Below are positions 9,315 through 20,042 of a stretch of 64,000 nt of DNA, piece after piece. The stretch comes from Enterobacter phage CC31: the sequence record NC_014662.1, one strand, 5' to 3'. The notes under the pieces were generated by a model. It was given only the letters and a program-made list of their open reading frames with translations. It ran no database searches and was not told the origin of the DNA. Made by a program: the position numbers and the translations under genes. Each line of letters opens with the position of its first letter. Position 1 is the first letter of the stretch.

Positions 9315-9482
9315 CTACATTAAAAGTTGCGTTTCGTTTAATTGCTCTTCTGCGCTTTCGCTTACCGGCAATTCAATCGCATAATTATAACAAGCACCTG
9401 GATGAACAGGGCCTTTATCTGTTTCAACAACCAACGCCGAATCAATCGGTTGCTTACAGACAGCACAAATCTTTTCAGACAT
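9315..9482 (-). CDS. hypothetical small protein (uvsY-downstream, Cys-containing)
   Basis: ORF downstream of uvsY; likely start MSEKICAVCKQ. Confidence 0.45.
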   Translation of the reverse strand: MSEKICAVCKQPIDSALVVETDKGPVHPGACYNYAIELPVSESAEEQLNETQLLM

Positions 9483-9515
9483 GATTGTCTCCTCAGTTAT
9501 TAACAATTCTATTTA

Positions 9516-9929
9516 TTAGTCGCCTGCTTCAAACCTACGCATATCAATAATGTGCTTGATTGAAAATCCGCGAGACTTAATAGCATCCATCGCATCGCGA
9601 CAGAACTCTAACAAAATTCCCCAGTATTGCAAACTTGTATCAATACGAAGAACTTCTTTATCGGCAGACAGAACAGTCTTCATCTCAGACTTTTCATAAC
9701 GGTCCATGCTGAACTCGTCACCATCACCTCTACCTGTATAGTAATCCAACTTCTGCTTTAACGCGGACTTCTTCGAAGCCTCGATGCGAAGCATTTCTTT
9801 ACGAATAGCAGACAATTTTGTCAACCACTTACCATAAAGAACTGGATTATTAGCTGCTTCATACTGCAATTTAGTTGAATCAATAATCAAATCTTGTTTC
9901 AACTCTTCCTGTAAATCTTCAAGCTTCAT
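9516..9929 (-). CDS. uvsY: UvsY recombination mediator
   Basis: About 137 aa; near-identical blocks to T4 UvsY (LEDLQEELK, YYTGRGDGDEFSMDRYEKSEMKTVLSADKEVL, LQYWGILLEFC). Confidence 0.92.
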   Translation of the reverse strand: MKLEDLQEELKQDLIIDSTKLQYEAANNPVLYGKWLTKLSAIRKEMLRIEASKKSALKQKLDYYTGRGDGDEFSMDRYEKSEMKTVLSADKEVLRIDTSLQYWGILLEFCRDAMDAIKSRGFSIKHIIDMRRFEAGD

Positions 9930-10005
9930 AATCACCTTTCTTTGTTCAATTTGTTACTCTAGCAAGGAACTCAAAACCATTATAACCATCTTGAAATAAA
10001 AGCGA

Positions 10006-10404
10006 TTAGTTACGGCTTGAGCTTGCCAATTGAAGCTTAATCTGTTCAAGGTCGTCCGGGTTGTCAATGACGGAGAACTGAACTTCAACGATAAGCGTGT
10101 AATCATCGTAAACCGGAGTGACGTTCACCTGAAGACGACGAATGCGTGGTTCATAGTTTCTTATAGCAGATGTGATGTTTCGTTCTACTGTGTCAGCCGT
10201 AAGAGGAGTCATGTTCTCGAAAAGCTGGTCTTGTAAATCACACCCAAAGTTAGGGTCAAATGGACGGCTTCCCTTTCTTGTTGTTATAATACCTAAAAGA
10301 GAGTTTTTAATTGCTCGTAACCCACGAGCACGTGCAACGTCTTTGGACCAGTTCATTTTAAGTTCAGGGTCCAAATCCGAATAAAGGTCGTTTATATTTG
10401 CCAT
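10006..10404 (-). CDS. 25: baseplate wedge protein gp25
   Basis: 132 aa; matches T4 gp25 (ITTRKGSRPFDPNFGCDL, NYEPRI, IDNPDDLEQIKLQLASS). Confidence 0.93.
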   Translation of the reverse strand: MANINDLYSDLDPELKMNWSKDVARARGLRAIKNSLLGIITTRKGSRPFDPNFGCDLQDQLFENMTPLTADTVERNITSAIRNYEPRIRRLQVNVTPVYDDYTLIVEVQFSVIDNPDDLEQIKLQLASSSRN

Positions 10405-11033
10405 TACAGATACCTGAAGAATTCTTTAAGGCCTTTAATCACTTCAACGTGAGTTGCTCCGCATTTCTGACATTTCACAGGAACTGCTAGATAAACGGTA
10501 GGCTTTAAAAGCATATTTTTGATGCGGATAATATCCTCTTCAGTGATAGCTGAGTAAAGGTCATCGATTTCTTTGTCATTCAAATCTTCGATTGAAATGG
10601 TTTCACCATTCACATAGATGTACTCGATACACGTAGCAATCATCTGTGCGATGTTTTTATCATCGAATAATTTTGGATAACGAAGCTTAAGTTTAAAATT
10701 CGCTAGAGGATACCAGAGTTCCTCTGGTTCATCGATTTGTGCAGATGTAAAGTTAATCGGCGTTAATGTTTCGTGACCTTCTGGACATATCCAGATGTTC
10801 TCATGATTAACCTCACCTAATGAGTGAGACCATAACTGAATCAGCAGAAGTTCTGACTCTTGCTTGTTAAGGTTTCGTGCTGATGTACAATTATTAATCA
10901 GCCGTTTTACTACTTCACCAATGTTTCCATTGATTTTGCCATCGATGAGCTCTTTGTATTCTTCTAACGTAAAAGCTCTGCATTGGATATCAGAGCCATT
11001 AATCTGGACTTCAAATTTGTAATCGTAGTTCAT
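10404..11033 (-). CDS. 26: baseplate hub protein gp26
   Basis: 209 aa (T4 gp26 about 208 aa); synteny 25-26-51. Confidence 0.8.
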   Translation of the reverse strand: MNYDYKFEVQINGSDIQCRAFTLEEYKELIDGKINGNIGEVVKRLINNCTSARNLNKQESELLLIQLWSHSLGEVNHENIWICPEGHETLTPINFTSAQIDEPEELWYPLANFKLKLRYPKLFDDKNIAQMIATCIEYIYVNGETISIEDLNDKEIDDLYSAITEEDIIRIKNMLLKPTVYLAVPVKCQKCGATHVEVIKGLKEFFRYL

Positions 11034-11050
11034 ATTAGCTCCTTACGGAC

Positions 11051-11062
11051 TATTTATAAATA
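11051..11062. promoter_or_regulatory. divergent overlapping late promoters (TATTTATAAATA palindrome) for gene 26 (minus) and gene 51 (plus)
   Basis: TATAAATA on plus at 11055-11062 and on minus (TATTTATA) at 11051-11058, between divergent late genes. Confidence 0.65.
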
Positions 11063-11082
11063 TTTCAATAAAGGAGACCTCT

Positions 11083-11835
11083 ATGGCCAATATAATTCGT
11101 TGTGTACTACCGGACGGGGTCCATCGTTTTAAACCCTTCACGGTAGCTGATTACAGAGATTTCCTTCTGGTTCGTAATGATATGCAACATAAAACTTACG
11201 AAGAGCAGAAGGTGATTATAAAAGAACTTTTAGCTGATTACTTTGGTGAATATCCTGAGACTTTACGTCCATACATGTTCATGAAGGTATTCACTGGCTC
11301 AATCGGTAAAACAAAAATTCCAGTAGCTTTCACCTGTCCGACTTGCGAAAAACAAAAGCAAGTTCTGTTTGACATCAGCCAAGAAGATTTGGTTGAGCCT
11401 ACTATTGAAGTTGCCGGAATCACAATAGCTTTTAAATTCCCTGAGAAGGAATACGAAGATAAAGCTGCAATGATTTACGATTGCATTAAAGCAATTAAAT
11501 ACAACAATCAATGGTATCCTTGGAAAGAGATGTCAGAAGACAACCAAATCCAAGTGATAGAAGCAATTGACTTTACAACGTTTGAAAAGATTTACACTCA
11601 ACTAACTCCAATGAGATTTGAACTTAAAATGAAATGTTGCGAGTTAAGAACAAACGTGTATGAAGACATTTTATCAGTCTTTAAGCTTCTTATAAACCCA
11701 GATGAAATTTTTAGCTTCTATCAAATCAATCACACTCTGGTTAAAAGTTCATATGATTTGAACAGCATAATGGGTATGATTCCAATCGAGCGAAGCATCG
11801 CCCTTTCGTTAGTAGAGAAGGACAATAAGAAATGA
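11083..11835 (+). CDS. 51: baseplate hub assembly protein gp51
   Basis: 250 aa (T4 gp51 about 249 aa); synteny. Confidence 0.8.
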   Translation: MANIIRCVLPDGVHRFKPFTVADYRDFLLVRNDMQHKTYEEQKVIIKELLADYFGEYPETLRPYMFMKVFTGSIGKTKIPVAFTCPTCEKQKQVLFDISQEDLVEPTIEVAGITIAFKFPEKEYEDKAAMIYDCIKAIKYNNQWYPWKEMSEDNQIQVIEAIDFTTFEKIYTQLTPMRFELKMKCCELRTNVYEDILSVFKLLINPDEIFSFYQINHTLVKSSYDLNSIMGMIPIERSIALSLVEKDNKK

Positions 11836-13016
11836 CAGTACTACAACGTCCAGGTTTTCCTAACTTAAGCATAAAGCTCTATGAAAATTACGATGCTTGG
11901 TTAGATAACCGTTTCCTTGAATTAGCAGCAACTGTAACGACACTCACTATGCGTGATGGTCTTTATGGCAGAAATGAAGGGATGCTGCAATTTTATGATA
12001 ACAAAAATATGCATACCAGAATGAATGGTGACCAAATCATTCAGATTTCTGTGGCCAATGCAAACAGTAAAAGAACATTGAACCGCATTTACGGTTGTAA
12101 GCATTTTTCAGTTTCAGTTGACTCTAAAGGCGATAACATCATCGCAATTCAACTTGGATTGGTGCACGAGATTATCAACCTCAAGTTTAGTCGTTGTTTC
12201 TTCAACGATGCTGGTGAGTCAATTAAAGAGATGATTGGTGTAATTTACCAAGAAACTCCTCATATTGCTCCAGCTATAAACTCGATTAACACCTACGTTC
12301 CACGGGTTCCATGGACGAGTACGTTAAAGGACTATTTAGCTTGGGTTAGAGAAATTTCACTTGCCGTTGAAAGTGACCAATTCGTATTTGTGTGGGAAGA
12401 CATCTATGGCATTAACATGATGGACTATGCATTTATGATTGCACAAGAGCCTATCCCGGTTGTGGTCGGTGAACCAAGACAAATCGGTCAAATGGTTAAT
12501 GAGTTGAATACGGACTTGGCATATGACTTTGAATGGCTCACTAAAGCTAACCAATTTACCCGAAACCCAATGGCTAACGCTACATTTTATGCTCACAGCT
12601 TCTTGGATAATCAATTCCCTCGAATTGTTACGGGCGATGGTTATAACTCGGTGTTAGTGTCTCGTTCAGGTTCATATTCTGAAATGACTTATCGTAACGC
12701 ATACGAAGAAGCTCTGCGATTAGGAACGATGGCACAATATGATGGTTATGCTAAGTGCACGATGGTTGGTAATTTTGAATATACTCCAGGTCAAAAGATA
12801 AACTTCTTTGACCCTAAAAACCAATTCCGCACAAACTTTTACGTAGATGAAGTTATTCATGAAGTTTCTAATAACGAATCAATAACTACATTGTATATGT
12901 TTACTAACGGACAGAACTTAAGTCCAGTAGAACCAATTAAGGTGAAAAATGAATTTAAACCTAATACTTCCAATGAAAACAATTCAAGTGAACCAGAAGG
13001 AAATAAAAATTCCTAA
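11832..13016 (+). CDS. 27: baseplate hub protein gp27
   Basis: 394 aa (T4 about 391 aa); ATGA overlap with gene 51. Confidence 0.88.
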   Translation: MTVLQRPGFPNLSIKLYENYDAWLDNRFLELAATVTTLTMRDGLYGRNEGMLQFYDNKNMHTRMNGDQIIQISVANANSKRTLNRIYGCKHFSVSVDSKGDNIIAIQLGLVHEIINLKFSRCFFNDAGESIKEMIGVIYQETPHIAPAINSINTYVPRVPWTSTLKDYLAWVREISLAVESDQFVFVWEDIYGINMMDYAFMIAQEPIPVVVGEPRQIGQMVNELNTDLAYDFEWLTKANQFTRNPMANATFYAHSFLDNQFPRIVTGDGYNSVLVSRSGSYSEMTYRNAYEEALRLGTMAQYDGYAKCTMVGNFEYTPGQKINFFDPKNQFRTNFYVDEVIHEVSNNESITTLYMFTNGQNLSPVEPIKVKNEFKPNTSNENNSSEPEGNKNS

Positions 13017-13476
13017 GCTTGGATTGAAGCATCACAACATGCTGAAAGAAGTTAAATCTCCGGAAGAGAATTTATCTCTGCTGATTAATTCAATTCATCC
13101 GGGTTTAACACCAGCCGAAATCGATTACGTTTCAATTCATTTACTTGAGTTCAACGGTAAGATTAAAAGTAAGGTAGTCAAAGACGATTTTGAATATGAC
13201 CTTTCAACTTTAAGAATTGTTCAACGATTAGAATTTCAATTCGCTGGTCATACTTTCAAATTCAGAGCTCCTGAGCAGTTTGAAGGATTTGGCGGTGTTG
13301 ATAAGATGCTTTCAAAATGCCTTGAAACGGTAGACGGTAAAAAAGAAGATGTCGACTTCATGAAGATGCCAGCATTTGTGACCAAATGGGCAGATGACAT
13401 TTCAAGTACCGTAGCAGTAAGCGGCCCTAATGGCGACATCAGAGGAGTTGCCAAAATCATAGGAATTTTTGAATGA
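12949..13476 (+). CDS. 28: baseplate hub distal subunit gp28
   Basis: 175 aa (T4 about 177 aa); AAGGTG SD before ATG at 12949; overlaps the 3' end of gene 27. Confidence 0.75.
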   Translation: MNLNLILPMKTIQVNQKEIKIPKLGLKHHNMLKEVKSPEENLSLLINSIHPGLTPAEIDYVSIHLLEFNGKIKSKVVKDDFEYDLSTLRIVQRLEFQFAGHTFKFRAPEQFEGFGGVDKMLSKCLETVDGKKEDVDFMKMPAFVTKWADDISSTVAVSGPNGDIRGVAKIIGIFE

Positions 13477-15233
13477 AAACCGAAAACATGAAGACTATGC
13501 GTCGGAAGGTTATTGAAGAGGGTCGTAGTGAAAGAGATGCAGCGAAAGCTGCATCAACTCAAGCCGAATCTTTATCAGTTCTTTCTTCACAGCTTGATGA
13601 TTTACAAACTCAAGCTGAGCTTACGTCTGAAGTAATTGAGGATAAAGGTAATCAAGTTATTGATGCCTTGAATCGAGTTGACCAAAGCATAATTGATACT
13701 ACTGCCGGGGCTGAATTAACTGCCGAAGCATCTGAAAGAACCACGGAAGCTGTTAAGCAACAGACCGAAGTGTCAAACAAGATTTCAGATAAGCTCAGTA
13801 AGCTGACTGAACTTTTAAATGAACGTCTTTCAGCTATCACTCCGAATCTTCCGCAGATATCTGTTCCCGATACATCTCTGTCTGTAGTTGAAGATGCAGT
13901 ACCTGTTGATATAGTGACACCAGGGTTACCAGAGTTACTTCAGGAGTTAATTCCTGACCCTGTCAATAATACCAATAACCCTAACGATGCGTTCTTCCCT
14001 ACCGTTCCAGAGAACCCAGAGAGTGATTCTAAAAAGGGAGCTGACGAGGAACGTAAGAAGAAAGACTCTGACACTCTGAGTAATCTGCTTAAAGCTACAA
14101 AAAGTGGATTTAAGGCTTCAATGAGTATCACGGATAGAATAGCTGGAATGCTTTTCAAGTACACGGTAACTGCTGTGATTGAAGCTGCTAAAACAGCCGC
14201 ATTGCTGTTCTCTATTGTGCTCGGTATCGATGTCATAATGAAGCACTTCAAATATTGGTCAGACAAATTCACTTCAGACTTTGATAAGTTCTCTGCTGAA
14301 GCTGGCGAATGGGGAAGCACATTATCATCTATATTCGGAACACTTGAAAACATTCAGAAGTTCTGGGAAGCTGGAGACTGGTCTGGATTGACTGTTGCTA
14401 TTGTAAAAGGCGTAACTGAAATCATTTACAACCTCAGTGAACTCATTTCTTTAGGAATGTCAAAAGTAGCTGCCGCTATTCTTTCACTTATTCCTGGCTT
14501 AGGAGATGCTGCATTATCTGTTGAAGGAGCTGCATTAGAAGGTTTCCAAGAAAGAACCGGTAACTCTCTTTCTAAAGAAGACCAAGATACATTAGCTAAG
14601 TATCAATCATCTAAGATTGAAAAAGGCGAAAACTTCTTCGATAAAGTATCTCAAGGTAAAACTTGGATTGTTAACAAAATAACTGGAGATGCTAACATTT
14701 CTGATTTTGTTACAGACGAAGAAAGAACAGCTCAGAACGAAAAACTCCGTCAGATGAAACCTGAAGAAAGGGAACAAGTTCTGAAGAAAGGTAATGAAGC
14801 TCGTGCTGCTATTGTCAGATTTGAAAAATACATGGAACAAATCAATCCTGACGATAAACGTTCAGTTCAATCAGCTGATAAAGCATACGCTAATCTTCAG
14901 ACACAGTTAAATGACACTGACCTGAATAATTCTCCTATTACCAAAAAAGAATTAAATGCTCGTATGAATATTGTTACTGCTAAGTATGATAAGCTCAAAG
15001 GCAAAGAACCACAGCCTGCTCCATCATCTCAATCTGAAGATGTTAAAAAAGTCGAAAGTATCGAGAAGAATAAAGCAGCTGAAAAAGCTTCATTAGGAAC
15101 TGGCGCAGGAGCTGCAGCAGCTAACTTGTTCAATACAAACAACGTCATTAACAACAGTAGAACTATAAATACTGTTAGTCCTGTAACGAGCACTAATGCT
15201 CCAGGCGTATTTGGTGCAACTGGTGTTAACTAA
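13473..15233 (+). CDS. 29: baseplate hub / tail length determinator gp29
   Basis: 586 aa (T4 about 590 aa); ATGA overlap with gene 28; extended coiled-coil-like composition. Confidence 0.88.
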   Translation: MKTENMKTMRRKVIEEGRSERDAAKAASTQAESLSVLSSQLDDLQTQAELTSEVIEDKGNQVIDALNRVDQSIIDTTAGAELTAEASERTTEAVKQQTEVSNKISDKLSKLTELLNERLSAITPNLPQISVPDTSLSVVEDAVPVDIVTPGLPELLQELIPDPVNNTNNPNDAFFPTVPENPESDSKKGADEERKKKDSDTLSNLLKATKSGFKASMSITDRIAGMLFKYTVTAVIEAAKTAALLFSIVLGIDVIMKHFKYWSDKFTSDFDKFSAEAGEWGSTLSSIFGTLENIQKFWEAGDWSGLTVAIVKGVTEIIYNLSELISLGMSKVAAAILSLIPGLGDAALSVEGAALEGFQERTGNSLSKEDQDTLAKYQSSKIEKGENFFDKVSQGKTWIVNKITGDANISDFVTDEERTAQNEKLRQMKPEEREQVLKKGNEARAAIVRFEKYMEQINPDDKRSVQSADKAYANLQTQLNDTDLNNSPITKKELNARMNIVTAKYDKLKGKEPQPAPSSQSEDVKKVESIEKNKAAEKASLGTGAGAAAANLFNTNNVINNSRTINTVSPVTSTNAPGVFGATGVN

Positions 15234-15242
15234 GGAATAATC

Positions 15243-16292
15243 ATGGCTATAAGAGCTACAGAAATTCTAGATAAAGCTTTCGGCAGTGGAGAAAAGACCT
15301 CTGCCGGCCAAAGCTCTATTTCATCAACTCGAAGAAGTACTGTAACAGCTCAATATCCGGCAGAACGTTCTGCCGGTAACGACGCTGCAGGAGACCTTCG
15401 TGTTCATGACCTTTATAAGAACGGATTGCTGTTTACTGCATACGATATGAGTTCAAGAACGACTCCCGACCTTCGTAGTATGCGTCAATCACAATTGAGT
15501 AAATCAGCAAGTTCTATTCTCAATAGTCTTGGAATTAAAAACAACGGACAAGTCGATAAATCTCCGATTGCGAATATTTTACTTCCACGTTCTAAATCAG
15601 ACGTTGAATCAATATCACACAAGTTCAATGATGTTGGTGATTCATTAATGACTCGTGGTAATAACTCAGCTACTGGAGTATTGAGTAACGTTGCATCTAC
15701 AGCAGTATTTGGTGCATTAGATTCAATCACTCAAGGTCTGATGGCTGACAATAACGAGCAAATCTATAACACTGCACGAAGCATGTATGCGGGCGCAGAT
15801 AACAGAACGAAAGTATTCACTTGGGATTTGACTCCTCGTTCAGTGGCGGATTTGGTTTCAATTATTCAAATATACGAGTACTTTAACTATTTCAGCTACG
15901 GTGAAACCGGTAATTCAACTTATGCTAAAGAGTTGAAAGGACAATTAGATGAGTGGTACAAAACAACTCTGTTATCTCCATTGACTCCAGATGGAGCTGA
16001 TTTGAATAACACAATGTTTGAAAATATCACTTCATTCTTAAGTAATGTTATTGTTGTGACTAACCCAACGGTATGGTTCATCAGAAACTTTGGTAAGACA
16101 TCTAAATTCGATGGAAGAGCTGAAGTGTTTGGCCCATGCCAGATTCAGAGTATTCGCTTCGATAAAACTCCGAATGGTCAATTCAATGGTTTAGCAATTG
16201 CTCCTAATATGCCAAGCACATTCACTCTGGAAATTACTTTCCGTGAAATCTTGACACTGAACAGAGCATCACTTTATGCAGAAGGTTTCTAA
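15243..16292 (+). CDS. 48: baseplate tail-tube junction protein gp48
   Basis: 349 aa; synteny 29-48-54. Confidence 0.85.
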   Translation: MAIRATEILDKAFGSGEKTSAGQSSISSTRRSTVTAQYPAERSAGNDAAGDLRVHDLYKNGLLFTAYDMSSRTTPDLRSMRQSQLSKSASSILNSLGIKNNGQVDKSPIANILLPRSKSDVESISHKFNDVGDSLMTRGNNSATGVLSNVASTAVFGALDSITQGLMADNNEQIYNTARSMYAGADNRTKVFTWDLTPRSVADLVSIIQIYEYFNYFSYGETGNSTYAKELKGQLDEWYKTTLLSPLTPDGADLNNTMFENITSFLSNVIVVTNPTVWFIRNFGKTSKFDGRAEVFGPCQIQSIRFDKTPNGQFNGLAIAPNMPSTFTLEITFREILTLNRASLYAEGF

Positions 16293-17254
16293 TGCTTAAT
16301 TTAGATGAATTCAACAACCAAGTAATGAACGTTGATTTCCAACGTACAAATATGTTTAGTTGTGTATTCGCAACGTCTCCATCTGCAAAGTCTCAATTAC
16401 TGTTGGACCAATTCGGTGGAATGCTTTATAATAACTTGCCAGTCTCAGGAGACTGGCTTGGATTATCTCAAGGCGAATTTACACAAGGACTTACATCAAT
16501 TATCACCGCAGGTACTCAGGAACTTGTTCGTAAATCGGGCGTATCTAAGTACCTTATTGGAGCAATGACTAATCGTGTTGTTCAGTCTTTATTGGGAGAA
16601 TTTGAAGTCGGTACTTATTTACTTGACTTCTTCAATATGGCTTTCCCAACATCAGGATTGATGATTTATTCAGCTAAAATTCCTGATAATAGACTGTCTC
16701 ATGAAACAGACTGGCTTCATAACTCTCCGAATATTCGTATCACCGGAAGAGAATTAGAGCCGCTTACTTTAAGTTTCCGAATGGATTCTGAAGCAAGTAA
16801 CTGGAGAGCAATGCAAGACTGGGTTAACTCTGTACAAGACCCTGTCACTGGATTAAGAGCTCTTCCTGTTGACGTTGAAGCTGATATTCAAGTTAACTTG
16901 CATGCACGCAATGGACTACCTCATACAGTGTGTATGTTCACAGGTTGTGTTCCAGTTTCATGTGGTTCACCTGAATTTACTTGGGATGGTGACAACCAAA
17001 TTGCTGTATTTGACGTTCAGTTTGCTTATCGTGTTATGCAGGTAGGTGCTGTTGGTCGTCAAGCTGCTGCTGACTGGGTTGAAGATAGACTTGTTCATGC
17101 TATTGGAAATATTTCTGATGACATGGGTCTGGACTCATCACTGTCAAGACTTAGTAGATTAGGAGGCGCTGCTGGAGGTATTACTCAGATGGGTAATGCG
17201 ATAGGGCGTAAGACTGGAATGTGGAATAGTACTTCCAAGATACTTGGACTATAG
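16292..17254 (+). CDS. 54: baseplate tail-tube initiator gp54
   Basis: 320 aa (T4 gp54 is 320 aa as recalled); TAATG overlap with gene 48. Confidence 0.88.
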   Translation: MLNLDEFNNQVMNVDFQRTNMFSCVFATSPSAKSQLLLDQFGGMLYNNLPVSGDWLGLSQGEFTQGLTSIITAGTQELVRKSGVSKYLIGAMTNRVVQSLLGEFEVGTYLLDFFNMAFPTSGLMIYSAKIPDNRLSHETDWLHNSPNIRITGRELEPLTLSFRMDSEASNWRAMQDWVNSVQDPVTGLRALPVDVEADIQVNLHARNGLPHTVCMFTGCVPVSCGSPEFTWDGDNQIAVFDVQFAYRVMQVGAVGRQAAADWVEDRLVHAIGNISDDMGLDSSLSRLSRLGGAAGGITQMGNAIGRKTGMWNSTSKILGL

Positions 17255-17259
17255 AAAAA

Positions 17260-17277
17260 GGGAGCCGCAAGGCTCCC
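17260..17277 (+). terminator. intrinsic terminator after gene 54 (GGGAGCC-GCAA-GGCTCCC + TTTGTTTTATTT)
   Basis: Same 18-nt hairpin as at 1900-1917. Confidence 0.7.
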
Positions 17278-17283
17278 TTTGTT

Positions 17284-17574
17284 TTATTTGCGGAACACCA
17301 CGAAAGCATTCAGAACAACTTCCGAAGATTGCTCAATGTTAGTTACAGTGATTTTAAACGGAACTTCACCATTGAACTTACCGTTCAGAGTGTAAGCGAT
17401 ATACCCCTCACATTTGTCTTCTGGAATTCCGAAAGGTGCCAGTGGAACCATTTCAACCATTCCTTTAGCAATCTTTTGAATCTCGTTAAAGACCATGTTA
17501 TTGAATTCGTCAGATACTGGAACTACACCTTCAACAACAGTTTCTTGGCCATTCATACGCAGAATCGATTTCAT
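17284..17574 (-). CDS. hypothetical protein (alt-downstream small gene)
   Basis: ORF with GAGGAG SD before ATG at 17574; early-promoter-like motif upstream. Confidence 0.5.
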   Translation of the reverse strand: MKSILRMNGQETVVEGVVPVSDEFNNMVFNEIQKIAKGMVEMVPLAPFGIPEDKCEGYIAYTLNGKFNGEVPFKITVTNIEQSSEVVLNAFVVFRK

Positions 17575-17600
17575 GATGTTCTCCTCAGTTAGTGTAAGTC

Positions 17601-17631
17601 TATAGTAACACACTTCCATGTGCGTGTAAAC
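17601..17631 (-). promoter_or_regulatory. T4 early-promoter-like element (-35 GTTTAC, -10 TATAGT-like)
   Basis: Member of the conserved minus-strand motif family; located just 3' of alt and 5' of the ORF starting at 17574. Confidence 0.5.
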
Positions 17632-17633
17632 GG

Positions 17634-19769
17634 TTAAAGAACGAACTTCTCTGGAGTGTCTTCAACATCAATCATTGAAGCCAACAGAGCAAGAATCTTG
17701 TTGCTTTCTGATGCCTTTGTGGACTTAACAAATCCTTCAAAATCATATGGACTTGGTTCAGGCTGAGGCTCGTCACTGTATTCTACTACTTCACCGGTTT
17801 CCATAAGAACGTCACCATCATAAACAACAGCTTCGTCTAACTGGTCAGCTGTCATTACTTCGCCTTGGATGAATTTCTGATTGTCATACACTAGACCATC
17901 ACTATAAGAAGCATCTACAATGCTGTTGACTTTCAGCATAGTACCGCGAGGCAGAATAACTTCCATTTCACCAGACATGTTGCTCAGGTCACCAGGATAA
18001 ACAACGTTAACTTTCTCACCACCAGTAATAGCCCAACCAATCATGACTCTCGTGCTTTCCGCCTGCTGAACGTCTTTAGCTGCATGAACCTCATCAGTAA
18101 GACCTAATTCAGCATAAGTCATAGAAGCTAACTTGACAGTTTCTGCACTGTTATCTGGCTGATTCAATACTGCACGAGTATTATCAGAAGCCATTGCAAC
18201 CGCTTGGTTACCTTTCCAACCACCAAAAATAATTGGAGACAGAGAAGTTGAAACATAGTTTCTGAAATAGAATACTCTGTTCTTAACCATTGCTTCAAAA
18301 ATTGGTTTACGGACTGACTGCGAACGCCATAAGGTAAGTCCTTCTGGAATTCTGTCACCGCGTTTAAAAGCATCATCCAGATTTTTGATAGCAGTAGTAA
18401 CTTCTTTATAAGACAGCGTATCGTAATTGTCAGCTCTATAACGGCCTAAAAGCATATTGTTGATGTCTGAATAGCCGGAACCAACATACTCTTTGATGCC
18501 GCGTTTTTCTGCATTTGTATATTGAAGAGGTGTACGAGTACGAGTAATATCTTCGATAGTAGCAGAAACGTTTTTAGCATAACCTTGAAGAGCAGCTTTA
18601 ATCATTTTGGTACGTTCAATGTTCCAAAGATTGTTAGCCATTTGCTCTTTATCTTTTGGTTCAAGGTATTGTGGAACTTTAGTCATGATATGTTCCATTG
18701 CTTCATATTTACGCTCTTCTAATGTGTCTAAAAGAGTTTGAGTATATGCTTGCATACTCTGAACTGAAGTTAATGGAGCATTACCAATTCTTGATTCAAG
18801 TTCTTTTACGAATCTCTGCTCAAATTTTTCTGACTGACTTAATTTAATTGTAGTCAGTGATTTCAAATGGAATATAGCTCCAGTGGCTGCCAATTGAGCA
18901 GAACGAGCTTTAGCCGCTTTAGATTCTACCGCGTCCTTTAACTGCTGAGCTTCCGGAATAGGATTTGCTGTAGCTGGTTTACTGAATTCAGCAGCAGTGG
19001 CTTCATACTTTTCAAATTCTTCCGGGTCATGAATGATATCAGAAGTTAATGATTGACTTGCCGCAACTTGACGACGAGATACCTTAGCACGAGCAATAAC
19101 AGATTGGTCAGTACGTTTGTCATTCTCTTGAGCAATAGTAGCTGCTAACGCTTCCGATTTAGAAACTTGCTTACCTGACTTATTGTTGATGTAAACATCA
19201 CCGACCGCAGTGTCAACCTTAGTGAACTCTTCTGTTGATATCTCTGGGATGCCAGGGATGGTCGAGAGGTCAACATTCTTACGATGAATAAGAACATATA
19301 CGTACTTCTTATCGTAATCATAGAGTTCTTTCAGGATAACAAAACGACCACCCAGACGACTCATCACCAAACGGTTGATAATCATCTGCACTGCTCGAGC
19401 TTGTCCACCCATCTTAGACTTATTGATGCGGAACATTACAGCATCCATTTTGTATTTCTTCACAGTTTGAGATACTAAGTCAAACATGGTAGAAATAACA
19501 CCCAATGGATTGCCACCAAGATTTTTCAGCTTAACCAAAGTACCTTTTTCAGATACACCGAGCACAATAGCATGCATCATTTTATCACCAGGCTTAACGT
19601 TCTTGTTAACGTCTCCGCCGCCAGTGTAAGAACACATACGAAGAGCTACTGAACCTTCTGGAGCAGCAATAGCAAAAATCTGTGGAATTTTAGTTTTCGG
19701 ATAAAGATTAGTGACCGGAAGCATTTCTGAATCCGCGTCAAAAATCTCATTTAATTGAAATTCGGTCAT
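17634..19769 (-). CDS. alt: Alt ADP-ribosyltransferase (packaged, injected)
   Basis: About 711 aa from ATG at 19769 (late promoter + GAGGA SD); C-terminal ART-like region YVGSGYSDINNML...YVSTSLSPII; size and synteny as T4 alt. Confidence 0.85.
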   Translation of the reverse strand: MTEFQLNEIFDADSEMLPVTNLYPKTKIPQIFAIAAPEGSVALRMCSYTGGGDVNKNVKPGDKMMHAIVLGVSEKGTLVKLKNLGGNPLGVISTMFDLVSQTVKKYKMDAVMFRINKSKMGGQARAVQMIINRLVMSRLGGRFVILKELYDYDKKYVYVLIHRKNVDLSTIPGIPEISTEEFTKVDTAVGDVYINNKSGKQVSKSEALAATIAQENDKRTDQSVIARAKVSRRQVAASQSLTSDIIHDPEEFEKYEATAAEFSKPATANPIPEAQQLKDAVESKAAKARSAQLAATGAIFHLKSLTTIKLSQSEKFEQRFVKELESRIGNAPLTSVQSMQAYTQTLLDTLEERKYEAMEHIMTKVPQYLEPKDKEQMANNLWNIERTKMIKAALQGYAKNVSATIEDITRTRTPLQYTNAEKRGIKEYVGSGYSDINNMLLGRYRADNYDTLSYKEVTTAIKNLDDAFKRGDRIPEGLTLWRSQSVRKPIFEAMVKNRVFYFRNYVSTSLSPIIFGGWKGNQAVAMASDNTRAVLNQPDNSAETVKLASMTYAELGLTDEVHAAKDVQQAESTRVMIGWAITGGEKVNVVYPGDLSNMSGEMEVILPRGTMLKVNSIVDASYSDGLVYDNQKFIQGEVMTADQLDEAVVYDGDVLMETGEVVEYSDEPQPEPSPYDFEGFVKSTKASESNKILALLASMIDVEDTPEKFVL

Positions 19770-19792
19770 GACAAGTCCTCTATTGTTTCTTA

Positions 19793-19800
19793 TATTTATA
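19793..19800 (-). promoter_or_regulatory. late promoter TATAAATA (minus strand) for alt
   Basis: Minus strand reads CTATAAATATAAG...GAGGACTTGTCATG. Confidence 0.65.
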
Positions 19801-19807
19801 GACAACA

Positions 19808-19823
19808 AAAGCCCCGAAGGGCT
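19808..19823 (-). terminator. hairpin AAGCCC-CGAA-GGGCTT
   Basis: Read directly, between ORF 19824..20042 and the alt promoter. Confidence 0.5.
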
Positions 19824-20042
19824 TTAGACTGCAATAATATTCCTGAAGATTTCAACCTTTCCACCGCCACGGGTAGCAATGACCTCATGCTTGTTAATTC
19901 CGGAAACTCGACCATCTGTAAATGATTCCACTTCACCCTGTGGACGGAATGGTAATTCGACCAAACTCTGTGTTACATTAGCGGCTCGTCCTGAGCCTTC
20001 ACCTGGATGAGCAATTGTGATAATTTCTAAATAGAATTTCAT
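19824..20042 (-). CDS. hypothetical protein
   Basis: 72-aa ORF; ATGA overlap with ligase stop. Confidence 0.5.
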   Translation of the reverse strand: MKFYLEIITIAHPGEGSGRAANVTQSLVELPFRPQGEVESFTDGRVSGINKHEVIATRGGGKVEIFRNIIAV

